64,000 nt of DNA from Octopus vulgaris (taxonomy: Eukaryota): the NCBI GenBank assembly GCA_951406725.2, contig OX597830.1, forward strand, positions 15,066,001 to 15,130,000, in the 5' to 3' direction. The notes beneath the pieces were generated by a model. It saw nothing but the letters and a program-made list of their open reading frames with translations, had not been told where the DNA came from and did not search any database. Numbering within the stretch: position 1 is the first letter of the stretch; each line of letters starts with the position of its first letter. Shown here one piece after another: positions 29,153-42,541 of this stretch. Both the position numbers and the translations under genes were made by a program.

Positions 29153-29596
29153 AGTATGTCTGTGGTATGTTGAGCTACTACAAATAGTAGCCAAATGTCT
29201 TCCATCAAAAGGAAGACACAGATTTACAGTATTTCAGGAAGAAAAAATACTATGCAATGGTGCTGCTACATCAGACGCAACACTGGGCTAAACAAAAAAA
29301 CTGACAAACATACTTCACATTAAAAGATTATCTGTTAAATAATACTAATAAGTTTACGGTATGTCTTCGAAGTTCCATTCCCTGGTAAAGCTCCATATAG
29401 ATTGTTCAGGCAGGATTGCCTCCCTTAGCTAAAGACCTCAAGATTGTGCAACCCAACCACGTTTTCGAGGTTATTTTTGTAGTAAAAGAGTTGTGCAAAA
29501 AAACATATTGGTAGCCGAAAGATTACAGAATCATTTGATACCTCATACGTCAAAATCGGCAACATAGTTTTTGAATCCATAAGGAACATACGCATG

Positions 29597-29635
<39 letters not shown>

Positions 29636-30151
29636 GCGCGCGCGCGCGCACATATACACACACTAATGCACGCACACACACATACACACACGCACACATA
29701 CACACACACACACGCATGCACGCACACGCACAAACTTCTTTATATATTAGGATATACATGACAGTCTATGACAGTCTAACAGTCTGCTATTATGATTTAG
29801 AGATGATGGTATAATTTAAAAACAGGATGTTCTTCCGGAATATCGGGGAAGTTTTGTATCACGTGACAAGATACAAAAAAGATTAAATTGCTAACTTTGT
29901 CGGGTCATGGATAGGAAAAGAAATCGAAATCTATGGAACGATTTATCCCAAATATCATGCAACATTTGACTTCCTTTGGCTAGGAAATGATATGGGTTCC
30001 CTTTTGATAAGTTGCTTTCATCTGACAATGAGATGGTGGATCCTTTATAGCGTTGATAATATTTAAAAAATGGTGTTTGTGCTTGTATGTGCGTGTATAT
30101 GTGTGTGTGTGTGTGTGCGTGTGTGTATACGTGTATATATGCATGTATGTG

Positions 30152-30320
30152 TAGGCGAAGGCGTGGCTGTGTAGGAAGAAGCCTGCTTTCCAGCCACAGG
30201 GTTCCGGGTTCAGTCCCACTGCGCGGAACATTTGGCAAGTGTCTTCTACTATAGCCTTGGGCTGAACAAAGCCTTCTGAGTGGATTTGGTAGATGGAAAC
30301 TAAAAGATGACCGTTGTACC
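30152..30320 (+). mobile_element. SINE family B 5' half
   Basis: CCGGGTTCAGTCCCACTGCG...GTGGATTTGGTAGATGGAAACT. Confidence 0.85.
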
Positions 30321-30363
30321 TACATACACACACACTCTCTCTCTCTCTCTCACACACACACAT

Positions 30364-30454
<91 letters not shown>

Positions 30455-30469
30455 GATAGATATTCGTTC

Positions 30470-30645
30470 ATTCTTTTACTTGTCTCAGTCATTTGACTGT
30501 GGCCATGCTGGAGCACCGCCTTTAGTCGAACAAATCGACCCCAGGACTTACTCTTTGTAAGCCTAGTACATATTATATCAGTCTCTTTTTCCGAACCGCT
30601 AAGTTGCGGGGACGTAAACAACACCAACATCGCTTGTCAAGCGAT
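30470..30645 (-). mobile_element. SINE family B 3' half
   Basis: TTACTTGTCTCAGTCATTTGACTGTGGCCATGCTGGAGCACCGCC. Confidence 0.85.
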
Positions 30646-31279
30646 GGTGCCCCGCCATGGCCGCAGTCTAATGACTGAAGCAAGTAAAGGATCTACCGGT
30701 AACGTTTTATTATTAGATACTGAGTACAATAAAAACAGTACAAAATTGACTAAGAGAAAAAGGAATCACCTCACTGGGAACCTTGTGCCTGGTGACTACA
30801 GCACTAAGCCCCACCATAATTTCCCAGGCCCCTACCAGTCGGGCTTATGGTTCATATTAGGAATCACTCATATGAGCGTATAAACGGGGAAGTGGGTGGA
30901 GAAAACGTCACGTGATATTCTATATTTTATTGGCATTAATGCTTTTTGAGACATTTCACGTTCCACGGCATTTTTGGTGCTACGATACTGCGACACTTTC
31001 ACACGTCACGCTGAATGTGAAGAAATATTTGTCGTGATCAGCTTTATTCGCCTTTTGTTTTTGTTTTTGTTTTTGTTTTTGTTTTTTTCTTCATGGTTAG
31101 AGTGAGGGTCGTGATTCACAATAACGTGGTACGCTCATGACGAATTGACACGGGGCGGCGATCACTCAAAACATTTTGCTTGCATCGCAAAAGCGCACCC
31201 AAGCTACGATGCACAATGCTGGGGAGAACGTGAGGACTCGGAAGGAGTCCTATTGTTCTCATCTCTTAAATCCTTTATA

Positions 31280-31665
31280 TTTTACTTGTCTCAGTCATTT
31301 GACTGCGGCATGCTGGGGCACAACCTTCGCGGATTTCAGTTAAACAAATCGACACCAGGACTTATTTTTTAAAGCCTAGTATTTATTCTATTGGTCTGCT
31401 TTACCGAACCGCTAGGTTACAAGGACGTAAACCCACCGCTGATGGGGGACAAATACACATACACACACATATATGTGTGTGTGCGTGTGTGTATCTGTAT
31501 GTATGTGCGTTTATCTGTGTGTGTGTGTGTGTACGACGGGCTTCTTTCGGCTGCTGTCTACCAAATCCACTCACAAGGCTTTGGTCGGCCCAAGGTTATA
31601 GAGGAACACACTTGCCCTAGGTACCACGCAGTGGGACTGAACCCGGAACCATGTGGCTGGTAAGC
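31280..31665 (-). mobile_element. SINE family B
   Basis: Homologous to 2160-2561. Confidence 0.85.
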
Positions 31666-31830
31666 CTGTGCTGTTTTATTACTTATTTGACCCTGATTCA
31701 TTTAATACGATTTAAATTCTTTTTTATTTTTGTAATCAAACATTCGTGATAAGCGAAGAGAAATGTCGAGGATACATATACCAATCAAACATTGGTTCGA
31801 TATCCTTGACTATGCTTGTATTCCCAATTA

Positions 31831-32396
31831 TTGGGTTGTCCGGAAAGTTCATGCCGATTTATAGTAGCTTACCTTTCGAGATATTTTAGAACATGGTCGA
31901 GTCCATAAAATAGGATTTGACTACACCTCCATTTAGAGCACAGTTTAAGCTATCTTTTCGTGGAAGAAGGTTTGTGTTCCTATAACCTGTGTTAATTTTG
32001 TAACTCTTTAAAATGGAAGATAAGGAAGTCCATTTTCGGCACTTGATGCTTTGGGAACCATGCAAAAATTGCTACAGCTCGGCTGGGATGTGTTACCCCA
32101 TCCTCCATATTCACCAGATATAGCTCCTTCGGATTTCCACTTATTCAGGTCTCTGCAGAATAGTCTCGATGGTAAAAATTTCAATTCCTTGGATCATGTA
32201 AAAAGATACCTAGATGAATTCTTTGCCATGAAACCACCTCAATTCTGGGAAGAGGGTATTTTCAAGTCAAAGGAAAGATGGAGACGCATTGTGCAACAAA
32301 ATGGTTCATATTTGGTTGATTAAAAATGTAATGGCAAATATTTATTGACCTTTTTCTTTCCTTTAATAATCGGCACGAACTTTCCAGACAGCCCAA
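31831..32396 (+). mobile_element. Internally deleted mariner transposon
   Basis: TIR TTGGGTTGTCCGGAAAGTTCATGCCGATT / AATCGGCACGAACTTTCCAGACAGCCCAA, TA on both flanks; N-terminus MEDKEVHFRHLML joined out of frame to C-terminal LPHPPYSPDIAPSDFHLFRSLQN. Confidence 0.95.
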
Positions 32397-33018
32397 TATA
32401 TTCTGCTTTTTGTCGATGATACACAATCAGTATATAAGTCTATGATATTGATGCTTTTTGTTCTTCTTATAGGACAATATTTCTTGTGCATAGACCCTAA
32501 AGTATATTTTCTGTCAGTGTATATAAGGTCTATATCATACATATGCTAATAGCCTCACGTTACTATTCATGAATATATGCATACCTGTTTCAAACACGTG
32601 TGCCATATTTGTATATTGCTGTTTTGCCAGTGTTTATTCTTTATACGCATAAATGCATATTAATATAATAGTGTGTGTGTGTGTGTGTATGTGAGTGTGT
32701 GTGTGTGTGTATGTGAGTGTGTGTGTATGTGTGTGTACATATATATATATATGCATACTGCAAAATGAAATATATATATATATATATACTTATAAATAAT
32801 ATAAATATACTTATACATACTTAAATATATTCACACACATTTATACGCATAAAATAGATTTTTATTTATATACAATGTTCCCCTAAATAAATGGTATATA
32901 CTGTATATTAATATATGCTTGTACATATTTATAAATATGGATTTATACATACATATATGTGCGGTGCTCCAGCATGGCTGCCGTCAAATGACTGAAACAA
33001 GTAAAACAGTAAAAGAAC

Positions 33019-33049
<31 letters not shown>

Positions 33050-33087
33050 TATACATACATATGGAGAGACAGATCAAACATACACAC

Positions 33088-33139
<52 letters not shown>

Positions 33140-33379
33140 GTATGTATATAGATATGCATATAGGCATACTTATACATATATATCAATATGCGTGTATATA
33201 TAAAGATATATACCCTAAAATAGATTCAGTATACACGTAAGTGAACATTGAAATATCAGTTTACTATTTTAGATTTAAACATATATATACATGTTTACCT
33301 ACATGAAATAGATTCATGGAATATACTGTCGCATAACAGTATGGTCCTGTGAATATACGTGTGTGTGTGTATACTTGTG

Positions 33380-33425
<46 letters not shown>

Positions 33426-34434
33426 CTCAAACACACACATATATATATACATATGTATATATATACTTGTGACTATACTAGAATGTACACGGTTCTCTCA
33501 TCTTATACACACATGTATCTGAAGAATGATATTCCTGTCTCTTGGACATTGACCAAATGCTTTGATCGATTGTGCTTCAGAAGTTGCCAGAGTTACATCT
33601 AGATAGCGTTGTGCCAGTTCCCAGAAGAACTAGTAATTCTGACATGACAGAATCACACAAATTCTATCGATTGTACTTCTCGTTTCTGTGGAGAATTCTT
33701 TGCATCTGCAGGGAAGTAAAAGAGATGGAAAGCATCTTCTCTGATGTGTTTATACGTTTTATGTTAATATACTGTGATCTTTCGTCTATCCAGGGCTTGC
33801 CGGAAGACAAACAGATGCAAATTGATACAGTCACAGGCAACTAATGATGTGTTATCCCTTCGGACAATATTGGAAAAATGTGTGAGTGGTCGTATAAATT
33901 CGAAGTTATTCGGAGTTATTCGGCAACTATTCGGAATTATTCGCGGGGAGTCGTTGTGTCACAGCATGTTTATGATTCCCTTCTAAACCAACCACCACCC
34001 CCACACTTTTTTTTTTCTGTCAACCTCAGTCTACCTCGGGGTCGGTAATTCTTTCTCACTGATTCGCTCATCCCCCCCCGTTACTGTCACATCTGTCCGT
34101 ATGCACTCATATAAAAATGACAAAACACTTCAGACACTACAGCCTCTTCCTCTCCCTTCTTATCTCAAATTGCATTCCTACCCCCACAATAACTTTTTTT
34201 TTTCCAACAGACCAAACATGCCATAGTCACCCTGAGAAATATTCTTCAAAGCGGGGAAAGGTCAGCTTGGTCTTATTCGACATCACTCACTAACGCACAA
34301 ACCATTTTTCACATATCAACATAAAGAGCCAGGGAGTGAGCCTCTACATACTCATTCTGCCTACTAGAAAAAGCAGCTAAATACTTCTCAAATCACAACG
34401 CAGATATGTTTCTGCATACAATATGTCTTTTATT

Positions 34435-34633
34435 TTTTACTTGTTTCAGCCATTAGACTGCGGCCATGCTGGAGCACCGCCTTGATGAATTTTTAGTCGA
34501 ATGATTCGACTCCAGTACTTTTTTTTAAGCTTGGTACTATCCTATCGGTCTCTTTTGGTGAACCGCTATGTTTTGAGGACATAAACACACCAACATTGGT
34601 TTCAGGTGGTGGTGGAGGACCAACACAAGCTCA

Positions 34634-34689
<56 letters not shown>

Positions 34690-34850
34690 TACATACACGT
34701 ATATATACGACAGGCTTCTTTCAGCTTCCGTCTACTAAATCCACTCACAAGGCCATAGTAGACACTTGCCCAAGATGCCACGCAGTGGTACTGAACTCGG
34801 AACCATGTGGTTGGGAACCAAGCTTCTTACCACGAAGCCATGCATGCACC
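34435..34850 (-). mobile_element. SINE family B
   Basis: Homologous to 2160-2561. Confidence 0.85.
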
Positions 34851-35358
34851 TCTACTACTTCCGTATCACCAAAAGAAGAAAGAAAAGAAAAGGGGATTAA
34901 ATGGTCGTTTGGATTCCTTAGTCTGCTCGATCGGGGTAGATCTGTGACTGAATATACCCTCAGTTCTCATGAAGCAACGCACGATTAAAACCGTCACGAG
35001 TCAAAGAGGTAGTCTGTATGTAATCTGTGATCTACTAGAAATAGCAGCCAAATCTCTTTCTTTAAAATGGATCAACGCTCTTGTTACTAGTCTTCACTTT
35101 CTGAATATTAGACTAACAATACGCATAACGTAAAACTTTAGATGTAAACAGAGTTTGGTCGTTTGTTTTTTCAAGGTTAGACATCACTGGAGGATGGAGT
35201 ACAGCAATATATACAAGGGGTACAGCATATAGCACCTAATTGAAGTGCTGGCGGTGTATTATGGGTTATAAGTGGTGGTGATGGTAGTGGTAATGCTAGT
35301 AGAGATTGTAGTGTCAATGGTGGCGATGTTCCTTGTGGTAGCATTTACAGTGGTGAAG

Positions 35359-35680
35359 GCGGCGAGCTGGCAGAAACGTTAGCACGCCGGGCGAAATGCT
35401 TAGCGGTATTGCGTCTGCCGTTACGTTCTGAGTTCAAATTCCGCCGAGGTCGACTTTGCCTTTCATCTTTTCGGGATCGATTAAATAAGTACCAGTTACG
35501 CACTGGGGTCGATGTAATCGACTTAATCCGTCTGTCTGTCCTTGTTTGTCTCCTCTGTGTTTAGCCCCTTGTGGGTAGTAAAGAAATAGGTATTTCGTCT
35601 GTCTTTGTGTTCTGAGTTCAAATTCTGCCGAGGTCGACTTTGCCTTTCATCCTTTCAGGGTCGATAAATTAAGTATCAGT
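35359..35680 (+). mobile_element. SINE family A monomer plus partial tandem unit
   Basis: Full head, then AAAGAAATAG|GTATTTCGTCTG junction at about 35589. Confidence 0.9.
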
Positions 35681-35841
35681 TGGGTGTATCAACTAAGGTG
35701 AAGTTCAGCTCAGTGTCAGAGTTGGTGCTTTCAGTATCGTGTTTTGCCACTTTCGAACCCACAGCGGGTTCGAGAATGTTTTGTACACTCTAAAAATTGT
35801 TGTATATGTAATTAAAGTGCAGTCCGGATGTATTTTCACTA

Positions 35842-35888
<47 letters not shown>

Positions 35889-35889
<1 letters not shown>

Positions 35890-36330
35890 AAGAGTTTACG
35901 AAAATAACAAAAGACGAAGACAGTGATGTATAAAACTAGATGTATTAGTATAACGTTCAGGAATAGAAAAAGTCTTTTACGTTTCGAGCCTACGCTCTTC
36001 TACAGAAAGGGACACAGAAAACACGAGGCGAGAAACAAGGAGAGAAAAAAATGTGCGTAGTGGCTAACGATATATCATGGCTAACGATCTATCATATCTC
36101 TATATATATATATATATAGTTTAAATTTGCAGAAAACAAAAGACGATTACTACAGTACAGGTGAGTGAACAACAAGCAGGTGTATTAGTTTGATGTTCGG
36201 GAAGAATGGAAAAGTGTTTAACCTTTCGAGCCTATGCTCTTCAACAGAAAGGGCTGAGAGGGGAAAAAACATGGAGAAAGAACGAAAAAACAAAACTGAG
36301 AGAGAAAAGAAAATGTGTAAGGTTTTTATA
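35889..36330 (-). mobile_element. Two related repeat copies resembling Penelope pseudo-LTR fragments
   Basis: 35889-36095 and 36130-36330 are homologous; each has (U/A)GAAGA-GC.UAGGCUC-GAAA(C/G)GU, resembling a degenerate hammerhead core; flanked by (TA)n. Confidence 0.5.
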
Positions 36331-37027
36331 TATATATCAGATTCACAAATTGCACAGAAGGATGACAAAGGAGAAAATGGGAAATTCACACTCAAGACCT
36401 AGAAATGATCTTTCTTCATCGGTCATCGTCTCAAAATCATAACAATTTCATGCTTTTAACAATGTGTGTGTGTCTGTGTGTGTGCGTACGTAAGTGTGTG
36501 CGTGTGTATGTCTGTGTGAGTGTGTGTGTGTGTGCGTAGCATGTACGTATATATTATAATTATCCTCATAATTATGATTTATGGCCGATTTATAAAGTGA
36601 ACTCTTTCTTTGTCCATTTAATTCAACAAATTCAACACGGACTGATGAGGTAAAGAATAACCAAAACAGTCGACAATTACATCAAGTTAAGTTATGGTAA
36701 AAATTTTATTCTTTTACTTTTCTACTTGTTTCAGTCATTTCACTGCGGTCGTGCTGGAGCACGGCCTTAACTTTTTTACGTCGTATGTATGAGGTCCATT
36801 CCTCCTCGCTTTTGTATAATTCATGTACGCATAAAGTTATTGCACCGACTTCCTGCTGTGTCATTGAACACTCTCGTAGATTAAATATCTCGCTCACATC
36901 AACTTTGCTCTGCCGAGGTTCATGTACTTTTATTTTACTCTCTCTCCTTATCTCTCTTCCTCTCCTCCCCTCTCTTTCTCTCTCTTTCTCTCTCTCTCTC
37001 TCTTAAACAAGTATTCACATTCATATA

Positions 37028-37253
37028 CAGTAACCCCTCGTCATGTCGTTGTTCACCTATCGCGGTTTATTATTTAAGCTTAAGTCAATTCCTCTGTGGT
37101 GTTGTTTTGCATTTATACTAAAATAAATATATAGAAATTACAAAAATAATATTAAAAAACATACAGTACAGTACAGTTTCTACTTCGCGGATTTTCACAT
37201 ATCGCGGTAGGGTCTTTTGGAAAGTAACACCCGCGATAGTCGAGGGATTACTG
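37028..37253. mobile_element. pogo/Tigger-like MITE
   Basis: TIR CAGTAACCCCTCG / CGAGGGATTACTG with TA on both flanks. Confidence 0.88.
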
Positions 37254-37274
37254 TATATTTATACAGAGAGAGGC

Positions 37275-37342
<68 letters not shown>

Positions 37343-37959
37343 TTATGATTGCGTGTGTGCGTGTGAATGTGTGCGTATACTTTCATGTGTATGCATGTGT
37401 GCATTTATATATCTATGCATATATGTAGACACGCATTGATATGATTGATTGTGGATGTGTGTATATATATATATATACACACTCATCCACAATAGGTATA
37501 TAGGTATATATATATATATATATACCTATACACACACATATATATACACAAAGATATGCAATATAATGAAATAATATATATGCTTGTGTATAAATGTGTA
37601 TATATATATCTTTCTATGTGAATATATGTGTGTGTGTGTGTCGCTGTGTGTGTGTTTGTGTTAATGTGATGTATATTTATTTGGTAGGCACTCGCACGAT
37701 TTGGCTGGAATCAATTCTGGAATCAATTCATTCCTTCCCCTGTGATGTATCAGTGACAGTGGTTCGCTGCCCCAAAGATGGACAGACAGCAGCAGTGACG
37801 TGTCTTTGATGTGAAGAGTCAAAGCTTCAGACAATTCTGTTTCAGAGTGTATTGGAGATGGACAGTAAAGATATAGTGGGGGGGAGGGGTGGGAAGTAGG
37901 GGTGGATTGCTTCATTTGAAGATGGACATAAATAGACGGCAGACGGACGGATAAGCAGA

Positions 37960-38010
37960 TAGATAGATAGATAGATACATACATACATACATACATAGAT
38001 AGATAGATAG

Positions 38011-38051
<41 letters not shown>

Positions 38052-38099
38052 CATACGTACATACAGAGGTAGATAGATAGATAGATAGATGGATACATC

Positions 38100-38159
<60 letters not shown>

Positions 38160-38223
38160 CATACATACATACATACATACATACATACATACATACATAC
38201 ATAGGTAGATAGATAGATGGATG

Positions 38224-38256
<33 letters not shown>

Positions 38257-38313
38257 GTAGGTAGGTAGGTAGGTAGGTAGGTAGGTATGTAGGTAGGTAG
38301 ATAGATAGATAGG

Positions 38314-38380
<67 letters not shown>

Positions 38381-38559
38381 GTAGGTAGGTAGATAGATAG
38401 ACAGATGGACAGACAGACAAACAAATAGATAGATAGGTAGATAGATAGAGACAGACCGACTGACAGATATGCAATAGGTATTCCATCCTTCTGAGTGATT
38501 GACTACGTGGGGGAAATAAAAATGGAGAAATGTGTGTGCGTGTGCGTGTGCGTGTGCGT

Positions 38560-38604
<45 letters not shown>

Positions 38605-38660
38605 TGTGTGCGTCAGTGTGTGTGTGTGTGTGCGTGTGTATGTGCGTGTGTGTTTGTGTG
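37960..38660. repeat. (TAGA)n/(TACA)n/(TAGG)n and (TG)n microsatellite block
   Basis: Direct inspection. Confidence 0.95.
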
Positions 38661-39123
38661 TGTTCAGCTTGAAATCAAGATACGACGAATGTGAATACAT
38701 GGCAATATCGGATAATTTGCAAGGACAGCAGACATAGGAAAGACAAAAGAAGTGTATTTCGGCTAAAGTAGACTGAGATGTTAGTGATGGGTCAGCGTTG
38801 GAAAAGTGGTTCATGACTAATACAACTGAAAACATTTCGACAAAATTGCTTCCTCTCCAGACACACAACGCGGCGATTAACTGTGTCTTTGATCTAAGAT
38901 ATTGGTAACAATACAATAGGAAGTGATGCGTTGTCGTTTTCATTTTTTTATCTTCATGCTGTCATTATTGCTGTTGCCTTTCTTGTTGTTGTTGTTGTTA
39001 TTGTTGTTGTTGCTAGTATTATTGCTGTTGTTGTTTTTGTTGTTGTTGCTGTTACTGGTGGTGTTGTTTTTGCTGTTGTCGTTGTTGTTGTTGTTGTTGC
39101 TTAATATTAATTATGTACCTAAA

Positions 39124-39920
39124 GCAGACGAGCTGGCAGAAACGCTAGCGCGCCAGGCGAAATGCTTAGCGGTATTTCGTCCGCCGCTGCGTTCTGTGTT
39201 CAAATTCCGTCGAGGTCGACTTTGCCTTTCATCCTTTCGGGGTCGATTAAATAAGTACCAGTTACGCACTGGGGTCGATATAATCGACTTAATCCGTTTG
39301 TCTGTCCTTGTTTGTCCTCTCTGTATTTAACCCCTTGTGGGTAGTAAAGAAATAGGTATTTCTTCTGTCTTTATGTTCTGAGTTCAAATTCCGCCGAGGT
39401 CGACTTTGCTTTTCATCCTTTCGGGGTCGATTAAATAAGTACCAGTTACGCACTGGGGTCGATATAATCGACTTAATCCGTTTGTCTGTCCTTGTTTGTC
39501 CTCTCTGTGTTTAGCCCCTTGTTGGTAATAAAGAAATAGATATTTCGTCTGCCGCTACGTTCTGAGTTCAAATTCCGCCGAGGTTGACTTTGCTTTTTAT
39601 CCTTTCGGTGTCGATTATATAAGTACCAGTTACGCACTGGGGTCAATGTAAACGACTGAATCTCTTTGTCTGTCCTTGTTTGTTCCCTCTATGTTAACCC
39701 CCCTGTGGTCAGTAAAAAAAATAAGAAACGTTAGCACACCGAGTAAAACGCTTATCTACATTTCGTCCGTCTTTACGTTCTGAGTTCATATTCTGCCGAG
39801 GTCAACTTTGCTTTTCATCCTTCCGGGGTCGATCAAATAAGTACCTGTTGAGTACTGGGGTCCATGTAATCAATTTGTCCCTCTCCTGAAATTGCTGGCC
39901 TTGTACTAAAATTTGAAACC
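39124..39920 (+). mobile_element. SINE family A tandem multimer (about 4 units, about 184-bp period)
   Basis: Junctions at about 39355, 39539 and 39723; the last unit carries tail type 2. Confidence 0.9.
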
Positions 39921-40174
39921 AATATTAACTATATACCTTTCGCTGTCCCTATATTCAGTTCTGTAGTAACTGTTATTGTTTAATTACAACTCAATCATCG
40001 TTCACTAGTAGTTTTGTGATCAAAGACGTTCCACTTGTGGCCATCACGCTTTATTTTTACTCATAGTATATAATATTCATTCTAATCATTTTTTACCTAT
40101 GGATCCCCTTCATTCCTATTTTTCGTTAATGTCGAAGCCATTCGAGGTTTAAAATATCTTATAATATCTTTATT

Positions 40175-40589
40175 TTTTTACTTGTTCCAGTCATTAGACT
40201 GCGGCCATACTGGAGCATCACATGGAGAATTTTTAGTCGAGATAATCGGCCTCGGTACTTTCTTTTCTTCTAAGCCTGGTACATGTGTATAAACGACGGG
40301 CTTCTTTCAGTTTCCGTCAACCAAACCCCCTCGTAAGGCTTTTATTCAAAGACGCTTGATCAAGTTGCCATGCAGTGAGACTGAACCCGGGACCATGTGG
40401 ATGGGAAGCAAGCTTCTTACCACAGATCCATGCCAGCACCTATAATTAAGATATTATGAACAATTGCATTAAAAGACGCTTTCTCAAGCTGCCATGCAGT
40501 GAGACTGAACCCGGAACCATGTGGTTGGGAAGCAAGGTTCTTACCACAGAGCCATGCCAGCACCTATAATTAAGATATTATGAACAATT
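40175..40589 (-). mobile_element. SINE family B with a 124-bp tandem duplication of head plus flank
   Basis: 40348-40465 is repeated at 40472-40589. Confidence 0.82.
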
Positions 40590-40771
40590 TTATTACAAAA
40601 ATTGTCAAACTCTTTGGAGTATTATAGAAGTATAACAAATTTATTGCATATAATTTTTAACAACAAAATATTATTTTGACCCCAAGGGCCATATGGACCC
40701 CGGTTGTAAACCCTTGGTATAGAACAAGGAATACATTAGCCACTTGATCCCTTCGTTTATTAAGACAATTG

Positions 40772-41248
40772 TGGTCGATAAATTAAGTACCAGTAACGCA
40801 CTGGGGTCGATATAATCGACTTAAACCGTTTGTCTGCCTTTGTCCCCTCTGTTTTTAGCCCCTTGTGGGTAGTAAAGAAATAGGTATTTCGTCTGTCTTT
40901 GCGTTCTGAGTTCAAATTCCTCCGAGGTCGACTTTGCCTTTCATCCTTTCGGGGTCGATAAATTAAGTACCAGTAACGCACTGGGGTCAATATAATCGAC
41001 TTAAACCGTTTGTCTGTCTTTGTCCCCTCTGTGTTTAGCCCCTTGTGGGTAGTAAAGAAATAGGTATTTCGTCTGCCGTTACGTTCTGAGTTCAAATTCC
41101 GACGAGGTCGACTCTGCCTTTCACCCTTTCAGGGTCGATTAAATAAGTACCAGTTACGCACTGGGGTCGATATAATCGACTTAATCCGTTTGTCAGTCCT
41201 TGTTTGTCCCCTCTGTCTGTAGCCCCTTATGAGCAGTAAAGAAATAGG
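40772..41248 (+). mobile_element. SINE family A headless tandem multimer (about 180-bp period)
   Basis: AAAGAAATAG|GTATTTCGTCTG junctions at about 40883 and 41063. Confidence 0.9.
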
Positions 41249-41609
41249 TAGTATATAATGCGAAAGAGATTTAGCTGCAACACTTTATAGCGAGTTCAGT
41301 GACCGCATATAGCCTCATTTTTAGTGTATATGTCAGATTTGTTTAATTGATGGCTATGAGATAATTCTGATCGGTTATTTATTTTGATATTTCTAACGCT
41401 GTTTGCCAAAGAGAGTTGCTGCGCTCTCACAATACAATCGTATTTGACTTCATTGTATAGAGCTGAGAAGACTTACATCTATCTGTGTGCTTGTGTGTGT
41501 GTGTGAGAGAGAGAGAGTGTGTGTGCTTATGTATGTGCATGCGTTTTTGTGTGCGTTTGTATATAATATATATAATATATATAATATATATAATATATAT
41601 ATAATATAC

Positions 41610-42011
41610 TCTCTTACTTGCTTCAGTCATTTGACTGTGGCCATGCTTGAGCACCGCCTTTAGTCGAGCAAATCGACCCCACGACTTTATTCTTTGTAAG
41701 CCTAGTACTTATTCTATCGGTCTCTTTTACCGAACCGCTAAGTTACGGGGACATAAACACACTAGCATCGGTTGTCAAGCGACGTTGGGGGGTGGGGACA
41801 AACACAGACACACAAACATATATACACACATACATATATATATACATACATATATATACGACGGGCTTCTTCCAGTTTCCGTCTACCAAATCCACTCACA
41901 AGGCTTTGGTTGGCCCGAGGCTATAGCAGAAGACACTTGCCCAAGATGCCACGCAGTGGGACTGAACCCGGAACCATGTGGTTCGTAAGCAAGCTACTTA
42001 CGACACAGCCA
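41610..42011 (-). mobile_element. SINE family B, full length
   Basis: Highly similar to 2160-2561. Confidence 0.9.
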
Positions 42012-42081
42012 TATATGTTATATATATATTATATATAAATAATAATAATATATATATATAGAAATAGATATAGATAGATAT

Positions 42082-42241
42082 GTTTCTTTATTAGCCACAC
42101 AGGGTTGCACACAGACAGGACAAATTACAATGTAGAGCTTTTCTTTTGGGGGTAAAAAAGGGGGTTTGGTTTTCGATCAAAAGGGATCGTAAAGGGAAAG
42201 AAAGAGGACAAAAAAAAGGGGGGAAGGGAAAGGAAGAAAAA

Positions 42242-42244
<3 letters not shown>
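42082..42244 (-). mobile_element. Probable Tx1-type LINE 3' UTR fragment in a (TAGA)n tract
   Basis: Reverse complement ends TTTGTCCTGTCTGTGTGCAACCCTGTGTGGCTAATAAAGAAAC, similar to the 3' end at 11005. Confidence 0.5.
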
Positions 42245-42332
<88 letters not shown>

Positions 42333-42488
42333 CAGAGTGAGTGGGGGAGGGAGATAGTTAGGAATCCTATAACACATGGGTGAAGGATGTCAGGCTTAGC
42401 AGATCACAATATTTGTTTCTGCAGCACGTAAGAGCTTTAAGTTGATGAGTTTATATTCATATATCCTTAGATAAGATCATTCTTCATA

Positions 42489-42541
<53 letters not shown>

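Noticed and set aside
32051-32323. SETMAR-like host gene
   Set aside because: Lies inside TIRs of a deleted mariner; no SET domain.
39124-41248. CRISPR-like or ribozyme-containing array
   Set aside because: Units are whole SINE bodies with no unique spacers, and no CUGANGA/GAAA core was found on either strand.
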